From assembly GCA_963743305.1 (NCBI GenBank), contig CAVUPH010000010.1, positions 117,477-181,476 of the forward strand: a stretch of DNA of 64,000 nucleotides, in the 5' to 3' direction. Below the pieces are notes generated by a model. The model was given only the letters and a program-made list of their open reading frames with translations, was not told where the DNA came from and did no database searches. The DNA comes from an uncultured delta proteobacterium (GTDB lineage Bacteria > Desulfobacterota > RBG-13-43-22). Shown here in pieces: positions 52,249 through 64,000 of the stretch. Both the position numbers and the translations under genes were made by a program. Positions within the stretch are counted from its first letter, which is position 1. Each line of letters begins with the position of its first letter.

Positions 52249-53178
52249 ATGAAAAAAATCCTGGTGGCAGTTTTGGTCGTAATTGCCGCAGCCTTTGCCG
52301 GCTACTATATTTTTCCTGAAAAGATCGCGGGCTATTTAATTCGATCCGCCAGGAGCAAAGCCGGCCTAACCAGAAAAGAAGTCAAAATTGACGATCATAC
52401 TATCGTTTATCTCGAAGGAGGCCGGGGGCCGACCGTATTACTTTTACACGGCTACACCGGCAATAAAGACAACTGGATCCGCTTTGCGCCTTACCTGACT
52501 AAAACCTACCATGTGGTTATCCCGGATGTCCCCGGCTACGGTGAAAGCTCCAAACCGGCCGAGGCTTCTTATGATTTATCCAGTCAGATTTCTCGTTTGC
52601 ACCAATTCACCCAAACCATAGATTTAAAGAAATTCAACATAGTGGGGAACTCGATGGGCGGCTTTTTTGCCGGGATTTATACCGTTCGTTATCCCGATGA
52701 AATTTTAAGCCTGGGGCTATTTAACGGCGCCGGGGTGAAATCGTTACAAGATTCAAAGGTGATGAAAATGAGGGAAAAAGGGGAGAATCCCTTGCTTCTG
52801 AAAGACAAGAACGACTTTCCCCGGTTAATGGGAATTTTTTTCGTTCAACCGCCCGGTTTACCTTATCCTCTTAAAAAGGTGATGGTCCGGACAGCCTTAG
52901 CCAATCGCGGTCTCTATGAAAAGGAACTAAAGGATATCGCCCCTGATTTACTTTCCCTGGAAAAAGAATTGCCTACCATCAAGGCCCCGACATTAATTCT
53001 CTGGGGCGATCGGGACCAGGTCCTTGATGTTTCCAGCGTCCCGGTTTTTGAAACGGGTTTGAAAAATCATCAAACCGTGATTATTAAAGATTGCGGCCAT
53101 CTGCCCATGCTGGAAAAGCCGAAGGAAACCGCGGAAAAATATTTAAGTTTTCTTAAAGGTCTAGCCAAAAAAAATTAA
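52249..53178 (+). CDS. Alpha/beta hydrolase (lipase/esterase) with N-terminal membrane anchor
   Basis: LLHGY, DVPGYGES, GNSMGG, WGDRD, CGHLP. Confidence 0.9.
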   Translation: MKKILVAVLVVIAAAFAGYYIFPEKIAGYLIRSARSKAGLTRKEVKIDDHTIVYLEGGRGPTVLLLHGYTGNKDNWIRFAPYLTKTYHVVIPDVPGYGESSKPAEASYDLSSQISRLHQFTQTIDLKKFNIVGNSMGGFFAGIYTVRYPDEILSLGLFNGAGVKSLQDSKVMKMREKGENPLLLKDKNDFPRLMGIFFVQPPGLPYPLKKVMVRTALANRGLYEKELKDIAPDLLSLEKELPTIKAPTLILWGDRDQVLDVSSVPVFETGLKNHQTVIIKDCGHLPMLEKPKETAEKYLSFLKGLAKKN

Positions 53179-53237
53179 TTTTTCTTGGCTGGAATAAAAA
53201 CCACTTTAATTAACAGATCTGCAAGAAAGGAAAGCGC

Positions 53238-53807
53238 ATGAAAGTTTTAGCCTTCAATGGGAGTCCTAGGAAAGATGGTAATACCGCCATCCTTATTAAC
53301 CATATTCTTCGCGAGCTTGAAAATGAGGGTGTGGAAACCGAGTTGGTCCAGTTCTCCGGGAAGAAAATTCATGGCTGCATTGCCTGTTACCAGTGTTTCG
53401 ACAATAAGGATCAGCGCTGTTCCGTCAAAGATGACCAGGCCAACGAATGGATTGAAAAAATGATTGCTGCCGACGGGATTATTCTGGGATCGCCGGTCTA
53501 TTTCGCCGACGTTACCGCCGAGATGAAAGCCCTGATCGATCGGGCCGGATTCGTCTCCATAGCCAACGGCGGCCTGTATAAGAATAAAGTCGGGGCTTCC
53601 GTCGTCGCTTTGCGTCGGACCGGGGGAATCCATACCCTTGATTCGATGAACCACTTTTTTCTGGCCGGGCAAATGGTCATCGTCGGGAGAGGGATCGGGA
53701 TCGGCAGGAATATAGGGGATGTTGAAAAGGATGAAGAAGGAATTCAAATGGTAAAAACGCTGGGGCAACGAATGGCCTGGCTGCTTAAAAAGGTGGCCGA
53801 AGGCTAA
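53238..53807 (+). CDS. Iron-sulfur flavoprotein / flavodoxin family protein
   Basis: GSPRKDGNT, CIACYQC...C, GSPVYF, KALIDR. Confidence 0.9.
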   Translation: MKVLAFNGSPRKDGNTAILINHILRELENEGVETELVQFSGKKIHGCIACYQCFDNKDQRCSVKDDQANEWIEKMIAADGIILGSPVYFADVTAEMKALIDRAGFVSIANGGLYKNKVGASVVALRRTGGIHTLDSMNHFFLAGQMVIVGRGIGIGRNIGDVEKDEEGIQMVKTLGQRMAWLLKKVAEG

Positions 53808-54000
53808 GCGCGGGACGAAGTCAGCGCCGCGATCCCTCGCTACGCAGCCACGCGGAACGCGATGATCACTCTGAACCCTTCCCTTGGGGCAATGGGTGGG
53901 ATCAGATTGTGAACCCAGGTCTTGGCCTGCTTGTAACGATTACCGCAGCAACATAAGCACATAAAGGGACCATAAGTCGGGCGGCATAAAAATCTTCTTT

Positions 54001-56225
54001 CTACTTGACCACCAGAGGCAGGGCCAGTTTATAGGCCGAAAAAAACACTGTCACCCGGTTATCCGCCGGGCGGCCGACGATCAAATGATCTCTTGGTTCG
54101 TCGTATGCCCAATTCATGGAGGCGCCGCCGGCGGCCGCCGTTCCGCGGACGGTATTCTGAACGGTAGGAAGACCGACGGTCGTACCGCCCTTGCCGTCCC
54201 CCCGGGTGATGCCCCCTGCATCCGCTGTTCCATTGTTGTCCAGGGAGGGAGTCCGGACCAGATAGTCTCCCTGGGGAAGTACTGTTATCCCGCCGCTGCC
54301 TATCTGATTTCCCGCTGCGCCGCCCACCAGGCTATTGGCCGGGCTCACCGGACCGGTACAAGGGGCGGCCGTCCCTCCGCACCAGGTGACCGCCCCGACG
54401 TGGGCGGCGGAACCGTTGGACCAATTGGACATCTTGACCACATAGCCCCCCTGGGCAGCCCGTAGGTCCACATCCCCTGCCCGTCATCGGTCGTGGAGCC
54501 CACCAGGCTGTTGGCGGCGCTCACCGGACCGCTGCAGCCGGCGGTACCGCTGCACCAGGTGGCCCGCCCGCCCCCGTTGGCCAACAGGCTATTGTGCACT
54601 ACAAAATTCCCATCGTCCAGTATGGACAGGCCGCCGCCGACCACCATGGAATCTCCGGCGCCGACCCGATCCCCCGCCTGGGACCCCACCAGGCTGTTGT
54701 CGGGGGTAGCCACACCCGCGCAGCCGACAGTGCCGCTGCACCAGGTGACCGCCCCGGCGCCGGCCAGGGAGCCGTTTTTCCAGCAGGGATTGCGAACCAC
54801 GTAGTTGCCATTGGGTAGGCCCTCCACATGCAAATAGAAAGTGGAGAATTCGGTCTTCGTGTTGCCCACCAGGCTATTGGTCGCGCTCACCGGGCCCGTA
54901 CAGCCGCCGAGGCCGCTGCACCAGGTGGCCGCTCCAGCGTCATCGATGGCCCCATTTTTCCAATTCAGACTGGTGACGACATAGTTGCCGTTAGCCAGGG
55001 TCGTCACCCCGAAGTTCCCGACCCAATCGTCGGACTGGCTGCCCACCAGGCTGTTGGCAGCCGAGACGACCATGTTTTTGCACCCGGTGGCCCCGTCGCA
55101 CCAAGTGACCGCCCCGGCGGTGGGAGTACCGCCGTTTTTCCAGGCTCCACTGCAGACGACATAATGGCCGTTGGTAAGCAAGTGGACGCCTTCATTTAAA
55201 TAGTTACTGCGGCCGATCAGGTCCCCGGCCTGGGATCCGGTAAGGCTGTCGGCCGGATTGACCGGACCCGGGGTGCAGCCGGACGTTCCGCTGCACCAGA
55301 CGACTGCCCCGGCATCCACTATAGACCCTTTATCCCAATAAGGTGCCTGGACTACGTAGTTTCCGTTCGACAGGGCCTTGGTATATCCCCAGCCCACCGC
55401 ATCACCGGTTTTGGAACCTACCAGGCTGTTGGCGGCGCTCACCGGACCGCTGCAGCCGGTGCTGCCGCTGCACCAGGTAACCGCCCCGGCCTCCGAAGCC
55501 GCCCCATTGTCCCAGCCACGGCTGCTGACCACATAGTTTCCAGTGGTCAAAATGGTAACCACCCACCCTACCTGATCTTCGGCCTGAGAGCCCACCAGGC
55601 TGTTGGAAGCCGAAATAGTCCCCACGCAGCCGGAGGTTCCGTTGCAGAAGGTCACCGCCCCGGCGTTGGCTGCGGCGCCGTTGGCCCAATAGGGGTTGGG
55701 GGCCAGATAGTTGCCGTTCGGGAGCGGCACCGCTCCGATATCCGTTCCGCCGCCGCCGATGAATTCATTGGGCTGCGTGCCCACCAGGCTGTTGGCGGCG
55801 CTCACCGGGCCCCGGCAACCGGAAGAGCCGAGGCAGAAGGACAGGGCCCCCCGGGTGCCGGCCCAGTAGGGGCTGTTCACCAGGTAATTTCCGTTGCTCA
55901 AAGTAATCACTTGATTGAAAAAGGTGATGCCATATCCGACCCAGTCGTCGGTCTGGGTGCCCACCAGGCTGTTGTCCGGACTCACCGGACCGGTGCAACC
56001 CCCGTTCTTGCTGCACCAGGTCACCGCCCCGGCTTTAAGGGCGGCGCCGTTCGCCCAATCCACACTGACCACCACGAAGTCGCCTCCGGGCAGGGGCCAG
56101 ACGCTGTTCCAGCCGTCGCCGCCGACTTTGTCCCCTGCCTGAGACCCGACCAGACTGTTGGCGGCGCTCACCACCCCCTCGCAGCCGTTCGTCTTACTGC
56201 ACCAGGTGACCGCTCCGGCTTTCGT
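54001..56225 (-). CDS. Extracellular repeat protein (DUF5650-like, about 12 repeats); 5'-truncated, frameshift near 54450
   Basis: Repeats of AGAVTWCx5C.GPVSAANSLVG...L.NGNYVV; C-terminus KLALPLVVK. Confidence 0.75.
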
Positions 56226-56491
56226 CTGGATCATGTCGGCCACGCCCTTCACCTGCACGGCGAGGCGCTTCTCGGGGTCGAAGATGCCCACCGCCACTTT
56301 GCTGTTGAAGAGCAGATTGCTCCCGGGTCTTCTTGGAGAAGATGTCGGCAAAATAGATCGTGCTCGTCGTCGAGGAGGGCACCGCTGCCCTTGATAGCCA
56401 CGTTCGGCCATCCGTCCTCTCCGATGGTGGCCACCCAGACGTTGTGCCCCCCCTGCAGGATCTCTTTTACGTTGTCAGGCAGCTTGGCCAT
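56226..56491 (-). pseudogene. Pyridoxamine 5'-phosphate oxidase-like FMN-binding protein, frameshifted and 3'-truncated at the junction
   Basis: VWVATIGEDGWPNVAIKGS / YFADIFSKKTRE / NLLFNSKVAV...QVKG across three frames. Confidence 0.7.
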
Positions 56492-56494
56492 ACG

Positions 56495-57506
56495 TCACGT
56501 CTCCTTCGCTTGGATTGATCTGATGTCCTCGGGCCGCGAAATGAGCACGAGCCGGTCACCGACCCCGCGTCTCGGCGCCGGCCCGTCGTACGGCACAATA
56601 GTCCAGTTCCCATTCACCAGGTTGAATAACCGAAACTCGCCGTCGAGATCGCACGAGGCCCTTGGCCCGTACCAGCCGGGACGGAAGCGACGCGAGCCAC
56701 TTCTTGAAACCGGCTTCAGTGCCCGGGGGCCACTCGAGCACGTACGAAAGCAGCCGATCGGGCGGCGTGACCTGAGCCGCCTCGTCGTTCAGAAGGTCGT
56801 CGATGTAGCCGTCGAGTTGCTCCTCGGTCATGTCGACGGGTGCACCCGCTGCGCTCCGGCCGCGTCGCCGGAGGCGCATCACGCACCCTGCCGCTCAACC
56901 CTCCCTGGCGGAAAAGATCCCCGAACGGCACCTCTGCATAGGTGGCTTCGTAGAAGACCGGATCGGGGTTGAAGCTCTCGACGATGGCTCGTATCTCGTC
57001 CACCACCTCGGGCGTGACGAGATCGACCTTGTTGATGATGAACACGTCGGAGGACGGCAAGCTGCTTCTCGATGGCCAGGAACGACTCGTACGTGTCCAG
57101 GAAGTTCTCCGCGTCGACCAGGCAGAACTTGTCGCGCAACTGGAAGGCTCCCCCGAATATGGGCAGCTTCAGATCTCGGTCGAGGTCGCTCGGATTCGGC
57201 CACGCCGGTGGTCTCTATCAGCATGATGTCGGGCCGCACGGTCTTCGCCAGCGCGTGCAGCGCCTTGATGAAATCGGTCTTCACGCAGGCACAGAATATG
57301 GAGCCCTTGCTGATCTCGAGCATGTCGACGTCGTCGCCCTCGATCAAGGTGCCGTCCAACCCCACCTCGCCGAACTCGTTCATCAGGATGAGGAAGGTGA
57401 GATCCTCGGGCACGACTGTGATCAGACGATTGAGAAAGGTCGTCTTGCCGCTGCCCAGGAAGCCCGAGATCAGGTAGACGTCGATCGTGCCGTCGGCACG
57501 GGCCAT
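56495..57506 (-). CDS. CobW/COG0523 metallochaperone GTPase, multiply frameshifted
   Basis: SGFLGSGKTT, NEFGEVGLDG, GSIFCAC, IETTGVA, IINKVDL, RAKG. Confidence 0.85.
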
Positions 57507-57525
57507 GACGATCCCTGTTCCCCTC

Positions 57526-57768
57526 TCAGGCGCGATCTTGGATCAACCGGGCGATCTCGGCGGCGGGGATGACCCGCCCGGACGACACCACCTCATCGTC
57601 GATCACCAAGGCGGGGGTCACCATCACGCCCAGCCGCAGGAAGACGTCTACGTCGTCGACTTTCTCCACCGTGTAGGGGCCGCCCTGCAACCCGTCGACG
57701 GCCTGGCGGGCGTTGTCGTAGAGGTCGTTGCACTTCTTGCACCCCGATCCCAGAACCTGCACGCGCAT
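57526..57768 (-). CDS. Small thioredoxin-family redox disulfide protein
   Basis: VLGSGCKKC, GVMVTPALVID. Confidence 0.88.
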   Translation of the reverse strand: MRVQVLGSGCKKCNDLYDNARQAVDGLQGGPYTVEKVDDVDVFLRLGVMVTPALVIDDEVVSSGRVIPAAEIARLIQDRA

Positions 57769-57931
57769 GTCGACTCCCCTGGTCGCGAAGAGTTTCAGCT
57801 ATGTCTTCGCATTGTACAGCACGACTCTGAGCGCCCGGCTCGAGCGATGCCATATACTTCGAATAGCATCCACGAGCGCGGGGAGCTACTCCCACCGGTA
57901 GCAAGGGCGGCCACGAAAGGGGATCTGAGCC

Positions 57932-59280
57932 ATGACCGACATCCAGACGAACTTCGGCGTCCCTCGGGACAAGCAACGGGCCACATACGAACGCGCTACC
58001 CGGGTGCTCCCCGGCGGCACGGACTCCAACTGGCGCGCCTGGGGCGCGACACCGTGTACGTCGACCGGGGCAAAGGCGGACTGGTCTGGGACATGGACGG
58101 CAACGAGTTCGTCGACCTGCGCATGGGCTACGGTCCGGTCATCCTGGGTCATGCCGACTCCGCGGGTGGACGACTACGTCAATGAGCGGATGCGCCACGG
58201 CGTGAGCTTCTCCCTGACCAGCGAGGACGAGATCTGCGTGGCCGAGCTCATCACCGAGCTCACGTTCTGCGACATGGCGCGCATGACCGTCTCGGGCACC
58301 GAAGCCACCATGCACGCCATACGGCTGGCGCGGGGTTTCACGGGGCGCACCAAGATCGTCAAGTTCGAAGGTCAGTACCACGGGGTGCACGACTACGCGC
58401 TGATCAGCGTCATCCCCAACGACGTGACGGAACTCGGCGACCGTGACAATCCCGTGCGCCTCACCTTCGGCCGGGGGATCCCGCAGGTGATCACCGAGAC
58501 CGTGATCCCGGTGCCCTTCAACGATCTCGCTACCCTGCGCCGGGTGTTCGAGCGCGATGGGGATGACATCGCCGGCGTGATCATCGAACCCATCCTGGGG
58601 AACGCTCAGGGCATCCTGCCCAGCCCGGGTTTCCATGCGGGCGTGCGGGCCATGACCGAGGAGTTCGGCGACCCTGCTCATCTTCGATGAAGTCAAGACC
58701 GGCTTCCGCGTGGCCCGCGGCGGCGCCGCCGAGCTGTTCGGCGTGACGCCCGACCTCGCCACCTATGCCAAGGCCATGGGCAACGGCTATCCGGCGGCGG
58801 CCTTCGGCGGCAAACGGACGGTCATGAGCCTGCTGCCCGATGAAGTGAGCCACGGAGGAACCTATGCCGGCAACCGGGTGGCGGCCGCGGCGGCCACCAA
58901 GGTCCTCTCGATCCTGAAGGACACCGACGCCCTCGAGACGATCAAGAAGACCGGCGGACGTGATCCAGACCGCCCTGGCCGACGTCATCGCCGCCCGCGG
59001 CCTGCCCCACTCCTTCACCGGCCACCCGGCCATGTTCGGCGTGGTCTTCAACGAGACCGTTCCGACCGAGTACCGCGAGTGGGTCAACATGGACAACGAA
59101 CTCTACGACGCCGTGGCCGTGGGCATGTGGGCCCGGGGCGCCATGCCGGAACCCGACTCCCGTGAACCCTGGTTCATATGCGAGGCCCACGCGGAAGGCG
59201 ACCACGTGGACCGCGTGGTGTCGGCCTTCGCCGGCGCCCTCGACGATGCCCTGGAGGCCCGGGCGCACGACAAAGGGTAG
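57932..59280 (+). CDS. Class III aminotransferase, glutamate-1-semialdehyde aminomutase (HemL)-like, multiply frameshifted
   Basis: LPGGTDSNWR, DMDGNEFVD, SGTEATM, KFEGQYHG, IFDEVKTGFR, YAKAMGNG, HGGTYAGN. Confidence 0.85.
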
Positions 59281-59431
59281 GATCAGAAGCCGGTGGTAAT
59301 CCGCCTGGTGGCGGGCGGAGGCGGAGTAGCTGATTCTGCGCACAATCGAGCACAGCGGCGACGGGGCAACGTCAGTCGGCCTCGCGGCGCAGGTCGTTGC
59401 GTTCATATGGCCCCCGCAGTTGCGCGAAGGC

Positions 59432-60088
59432 TCAATCAGGAACGAGGGCCTCTTCCAGTGCACCCGCAGATGACGCTTGGACCGAATCCCGGCTGAGCAG
59501 GACCTCGTGCTCGGGAGTGGCGGCAACGAGCCGCCGCGTGACGATGCGGACGACCTCCGAGGCTGAGACCCACTTCTCCCGGAACCGGAGCCCTGTCGCC
59601 CGGTCCACGTAGATCAAGGCGTAGTCGGCCGTCATCTCGTCGCCCCTGTCCGGAAACTCCACCCGGTAGACATCCGCAGGTCGCTCGTCGACACTCATCT
59701 CGCTCTCCCTGGTGACGGGCAGACCGGCGAGGAAGTCGTGCGATCTCTCATACTCGTCGAAGGTCCGGGCGTGCTCCCGTATCGAGGAACCGAACGTAGA
59801 CAGGCTCTTCGTGCTGCCACCCTCGTTGACGTCGAGGAAACGGAGCGCACCACCGACGTATCCCTCAAAGCGCATTCTCTGTCCGCTGTAGTCGATCAGA
59901 TAGCGATGGTCGGACTGCGGGAGGGAAGGGCTCGCCATCCGCTCTGTCTCCTCCAGCATCGTGCCCGTCGAAGCGACTGCCGCCAGCGGCGGAAGATGGG
60001 TGAGAGCGGCACCGTGAGATTGAGTGCTATCGGTGACTGCGCCAAGACTGGTCATAGGGTCCGCGCGTCCCGCACGAGGCAACGGCAA
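59432..60088 (-). CDS. Hypothetical protein (LolA-like fold possible)
   Basis: Long ORF; IYVDRATGL motif; boundaries uncertain. Confidence 0.35.
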   Translation of the reverse strand: MPLPRAGRADPMTSLGAVTDSTQSHGAALTHLPPLAAVASTGTMLEETERMASPSLPQSDHRYLIDYSGQRMRFEGYVGGALRFLDVNEGGSTKSLSTFGSSIREHARTFDEYERSHDFLAGLPVTRESEMSVDERPADVYRVEFPDRGDEMTADYALIYVDRATGLRFREKWVSASEVVRIVTRRLVAATPEHEVLLSRDSVQASSAGALEEALVPD

Positions 60089-60474
60089 GCAGAGCGAGAA
60101 GCACTAGGAGCGCCCCGAACAACTGCAACAACCCACGGTGTTGCATCTTCGAACGCATCTAGTGCGCCAGCCATGAGATGAAGAAGTACACGACCACACC
60201 GATGATTACGATCGCGACGCCGTAGAGTGCGACCGGTCCCGCACAGCAGCCTGTCAACTGGTTCCAAGACGCCGACCAGGGCCAGGTCATGAGCCAGGTC
60301 ATTCTCTGCCACTCGGGCCACGCCTGTTTGCGGCGAGGCTTCTCGTCATCCATGGTTTCATCATACTCCCGGCACTTTCAGGTCCGTTTCCGGCCGCGCG
60401 ACGCCGAAACCACCGTGTGTGAAACTATGGTAATTTGCAGCCATTTTCGTGCGGCTGGCGGCACCAGCAGCCAC

Positions 60475-62440
60475 CTACGCCACTGCCACCTCGGGCTGGG
60501 CTTCCTGGCTCAGGAACTGCCGGGCGTAGAGGAGGCGTACACACCGCCGACGGCCAACAGTTCCTCGTGGGTGCCGCGCTCGACGATGCGGCCGTCCTCG
60601 AGCACCAGGATCTGGTCGGCCCGGCGCACCGTCGAGAGCCGGTGGGCGACGACCAGGGTGGTCCGTCCCCTCCATCAGCGTCTCGAGGGCGTGCTGGATC
60701 AGGGCTTCCGTGCGCGTGTCCACGGACGCGGTGGCCTCATCGAGCACCAGGATGCAGGGGTTGCGCACCACGGCCCGAGCAAGTGCCACCAGCTGGCGTT
60801 GGCCCTGACTGAGGCCTCCGCCGCGCTCCCCCACCTGGTGGTCGTAGCCGTCGTCGAACCCAGTCACGAAACGGTCCACACCGGCGAGGCGGGCGGCGGC
60901 TTCGATCTCTTCGGGGTCGGCGTCCATCCGGCCGTAGCGGATGTTGTCGGACACGCTGCCCGAGAACAGGAACGGCTCCTGGAGCACCAGGCCCATGTGC
61001 TCGCGCAGAGACGCCTGCGTGACCGAGCGGACGTCGACACCGTCGATCGCCACCACGCCCTCCTCGGCTTCGTAGAAACGCAGGAGAAGGTTGATCACCG
61101 TAGTCTTGCCCGCGCCTGTAGACCCCACGAGGGCGACCGTCTGTCCCGGCAGCACGTCGAAGCTCACCCGGTCGAGTATGCGCCGGCCGGGCAGATAGCC
61201 GAACGAGACGTCCTGGAACGTGATGCCGCCGCTCACGACGCCGCATCGCGGCACGAACACCTCACTCGCGCAGGCGGCCGTCCGGACCGGCGCCAGGCGT
61301 GTCGCGGGCGGCCGCAACGGGGCCGGTCGCCGGGGGTGACTCGCCGTACCTATCGCCTCGATCGCGGCCATCACCGCCTCGTCGAGCGACGGGCGCGCCG
61401 GGCGCGTCCACGACCCCGGGCTCGCGGTCGAGGAGCTGGAAGATGCGCTCCGCGGCGGCCATGGCCGCCTGCGCCTGGGCGTAGAAGGTGGAGAGCAGCT
61501 GGATCGGACGGAAGAACTGCTGCACGTAGGTGAGGAAGGCCACCACCACGCCCACGGTCACGAGGGGCGGCGTCTGCAGGGCGAGCCACCCTCCGAAGAG
61601 GGCCACGATGGCCGTGGCGAGCGTGGCGAGGACGTCCATGACCGGCGTGAAGGCGCTGGTGACGCCCACGGCGCCCACGTTCGCGTCCCGGTTCGCGGCG
61701 TTGCGCTCACGGAAGCGTTCGGTGTTCGCCTTCGTGCGGTTGAAGGCCTGAGCCACCTTGACCCCGGAGATGTCCTCCTGGATGTTGGCGCTCACGTCAC
61801 CGATGGATTCCCGGGTGCGCCGGAACGCCCGCCGGGCGAGTCGGGCGAACAGGCGTGGTCGCGAGCAGCATCAAGGGGATGACCACGAAGGAGGCCAACG
61901 CCAGGCGCCATTCCAGCGGCGAGCATGGCCACCACGATCCCCACCAACCCGACGACGCTGCCCAACGTCTGCACCAGACCCTGGGAGAGCAGCTGGTTCA
62001 GCACCTCCACGTCGTTGACCACCCGGCTCATGAGGTCGCCGGCCTCGTTACGGTCGAAGAAGCCCTTGTCCAGCCGCTGGAGGGCCGTGAAGATGCGCAT
62101 CCGGTAGTCGGCCAGCACGACCTGAGACACCCGGCCGATCACGCGGAACTGCCCCGAGGTCGCGACGAACCCGACGAGGTAGGTGACCAACAGCGCCACC
62201 ATGATGCGGGCCAGGCTCGGCCCTGTCGCCTTGAGTATGGCTTGGTCGATCGCCCGGCCGATGAGGTAGGGGCCGGCGGCCATGGCCACCGCCCCCAGGA
62301 CGACCAGCAGCCCGACCACGAGGAACTGGGGCCAGTAGCCCTTGACCGAGACGGCGAACCGGCGGATCACCGCCCACGTGTCGGCCGGGGCTTCCTTGTC
62401 GCGTGCCAGGGCCTCCAGACTGCCGGGGTGTCCCGCTCAT
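60475..62440 (-). CDS. ABC exporter (TM+NBD), second half of a heterodimer, frameshifted
   Basis: [32 protein letters not shown]. Confidence 0.88.
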
Positions 62441-64000
62441 GCCGCCACCTCTCCGGACTCAGCCGTCACGTCGAGCTGGGAATCGACGATCTCGCCGTAG
62501 AGCGGACTGGTGCGCAGCAGCTCGTCGTGGGTGCCGTGGGCGACGAGACGTCCTCCGTCGACCAGCAGGACCGCGTCGGCCTGACGCACCGTCGACATCC
62601 GCTGGGCGATGATGAAGCTGGTGCGGCCCCGCATGAGCCGGCGCAGAGCCACCTGCATCTGGTACTCGGTCTCCGCGTCGACGGAGCTGGTGGCGTCGTC
62701 GAGCAGCAGGATCCGCGGATCGACCAGACAGCGTGCGGGCGATGGACACGCGCTGGCGCTGGCCGCCCGACAGGGTCACGCCCCGCTCGCCGATCACGGA
62801 GTCGTAGCCGTCGGGCAGGGCGGCGATGAACTCGTGGGCCTGGGCGGCGCGCGCCGCCGCCTCGATCTCGTCCTGGGTGGCGTCAGGCCGGCCGAAGGCG
62901 ATGTTCTCGCGGACGGTGCCCCCGAACAGCACGGACTCCTGAAGCACGATACCGATGTGGGCCCGCAGGCTCTCCAAGCGTACATCGCGCACATCGGTGC
63001 CGTCGATGCGCACCGCTCCGGCCGTGACGTCGTAGAAGCGGGGGATCAGGTTGAGCACCGTCGACTTGCCGGCCCCGGTCGTGCCCAGCAGGGCGACGGT
63101 CTGCCCCGGTTCGGCCACGAAACTGACGTCGTCGAGCACCATGGTCTCCTGGCCCACGTAGCGGAAGCCGACGTGGTCGAACTCCACCCGGCCCTCGATG
63201 CCTTCCAGATCGCGGGCGCCGGGCCGGTCCTTGATCTCGATCTCGGCGTCGATGACCTCGAACGACCCGGTGCGCGCTCGCCCCCGCCCGCGACATCGCC
63301 CCGACGATGAACCCGAGCTGGAGGATCGGCATGAGCAGGAAGCTCAGGTAGGTGTTGAAGGCCACCAGGTCGCCCAGGCTCAGGCTTCCGCCGATGACCA
63401 TGTCTACCGCCCAGCCAGACCACGGCCAGGGTACCCAGGTTGGCCACCAGGAATATGGCCGGGAAGGACGCGGAGAGCGCGCGCACCACCCGCAGGTTCT
63501 CGGCGAGCAACTCCTGGTTCGCGGCCCCATATCGCTCATGCTCGTACGGCTCCCGTGCGAACGCCTTGACCACCGCTACCCCGGTCAGGTTCTCCTGCAG
63601 CACCGTGTTGAGGTTGCCGAGTTTGGCCTGGATGATCCGGAACCGGGGCAGGACCCGGGTGATGAACACGCCCATGATCGCGAAGATGACCGGCACGATG
63701 GCAAGGACTGCCAGGGCCAGACGCCAATCGGTCAAGAAGAGAACCACCGCGGTGCCGACGAGGGTCACCGATGCCGAGATGAAGACCAAGAAGCCCTGGC
63801 CGGCGAACATGCGCACGTTCTCCACGTCGGAGGTGACCCGGGTCATCAGCTGCCCGGTCTGGGCCTTGTCGTGATAGCTGAACGAAAGATTGTGGATCTT
63901 CTCGTAGATGACGTTGCGCAGATCGAAGGCCACCCCTTGGCCCGCCCGCTCGGAGAGGTAGCCCTGCAGGAACGTGAAGACGCCCCGCACGACGGCAACC
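62437..64000 (-). CDS. ABC exporter (TM+NBD), first half of a heterodimer, frameshifted, 5' end off window
   Basis: TGQLMTR, GTTGAGKST, LSGGQRQR, LLDDATS (degenerate Walker B), IIAQR. Confidence 0.88.

Noticed and set aside
54300-56220. Recurring DNA motif ccaccaggctgttggcggcgctcaccgg as a CRISPR array
   Set aside because: The period is ~170 nt, copies vary at synonymous positions, and they encode protein repeats; no cas genes are present.
54345-56411. 688-aa ORF as a novel fusion protein
   Set aside because: Its N-terminus is a frame of the truncated PNPOx-like gene joined to the repeat gene at the suspected chimeric junction.

Overview
Bases 1 to ~34,000 form one continuous minus-strand nitrogen-metabolism island from an anaerobe, inferred from gene content to be Desulfobacterota-like. 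In transcription order it holds: a TorF-like outer-membrane protein, an atypical PII and NifA; nifH-nifI1-nifI2-nifDKENB, a ferredoxin and a broken molybdate transporter; two amt-glnK units and a class I glutamine amidotransferase; glnB-glnD-glnA(I-beta)-glnE-glnA(I-alpha); then mvhD-metV-metF directly followed by a split, archaeal-type glutamate synthase with two FMN-domain paralogs. Five sigma54 promoters can be read directly. Four share IHF-like sites and paired TACA-N4-TGTA-like enhancer sites at matching offsets, while the nifH promoter has a different paired site. Bases ~34,000-56,200 are a patchwork accessory region: MFS transporter, radical SAM protein, a Tat-exported PaoABC-like Mo-oxidoreductase, three toxin-antitoxin modules, a RAYT relic with REP-like hairpins, internally deleted genes, PilZ protein, hydrolases, and a Cys-rich repeat protein with a Chloroflexi-type C-terminal tail. 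At ~56,225 the sequence switches abruptly, mid-gene on both sides, to GC-richer and heavily frameshifted DNA (CobW GTPase, HemL-like aminotransferase, ABC exporter pair), most likely a chimeric join. Isolated single-base frameshifts in nifH, nifE, glnA, glnE and amtB look like long-read errors. All assignments rest on motif recognition only; no searches were run.
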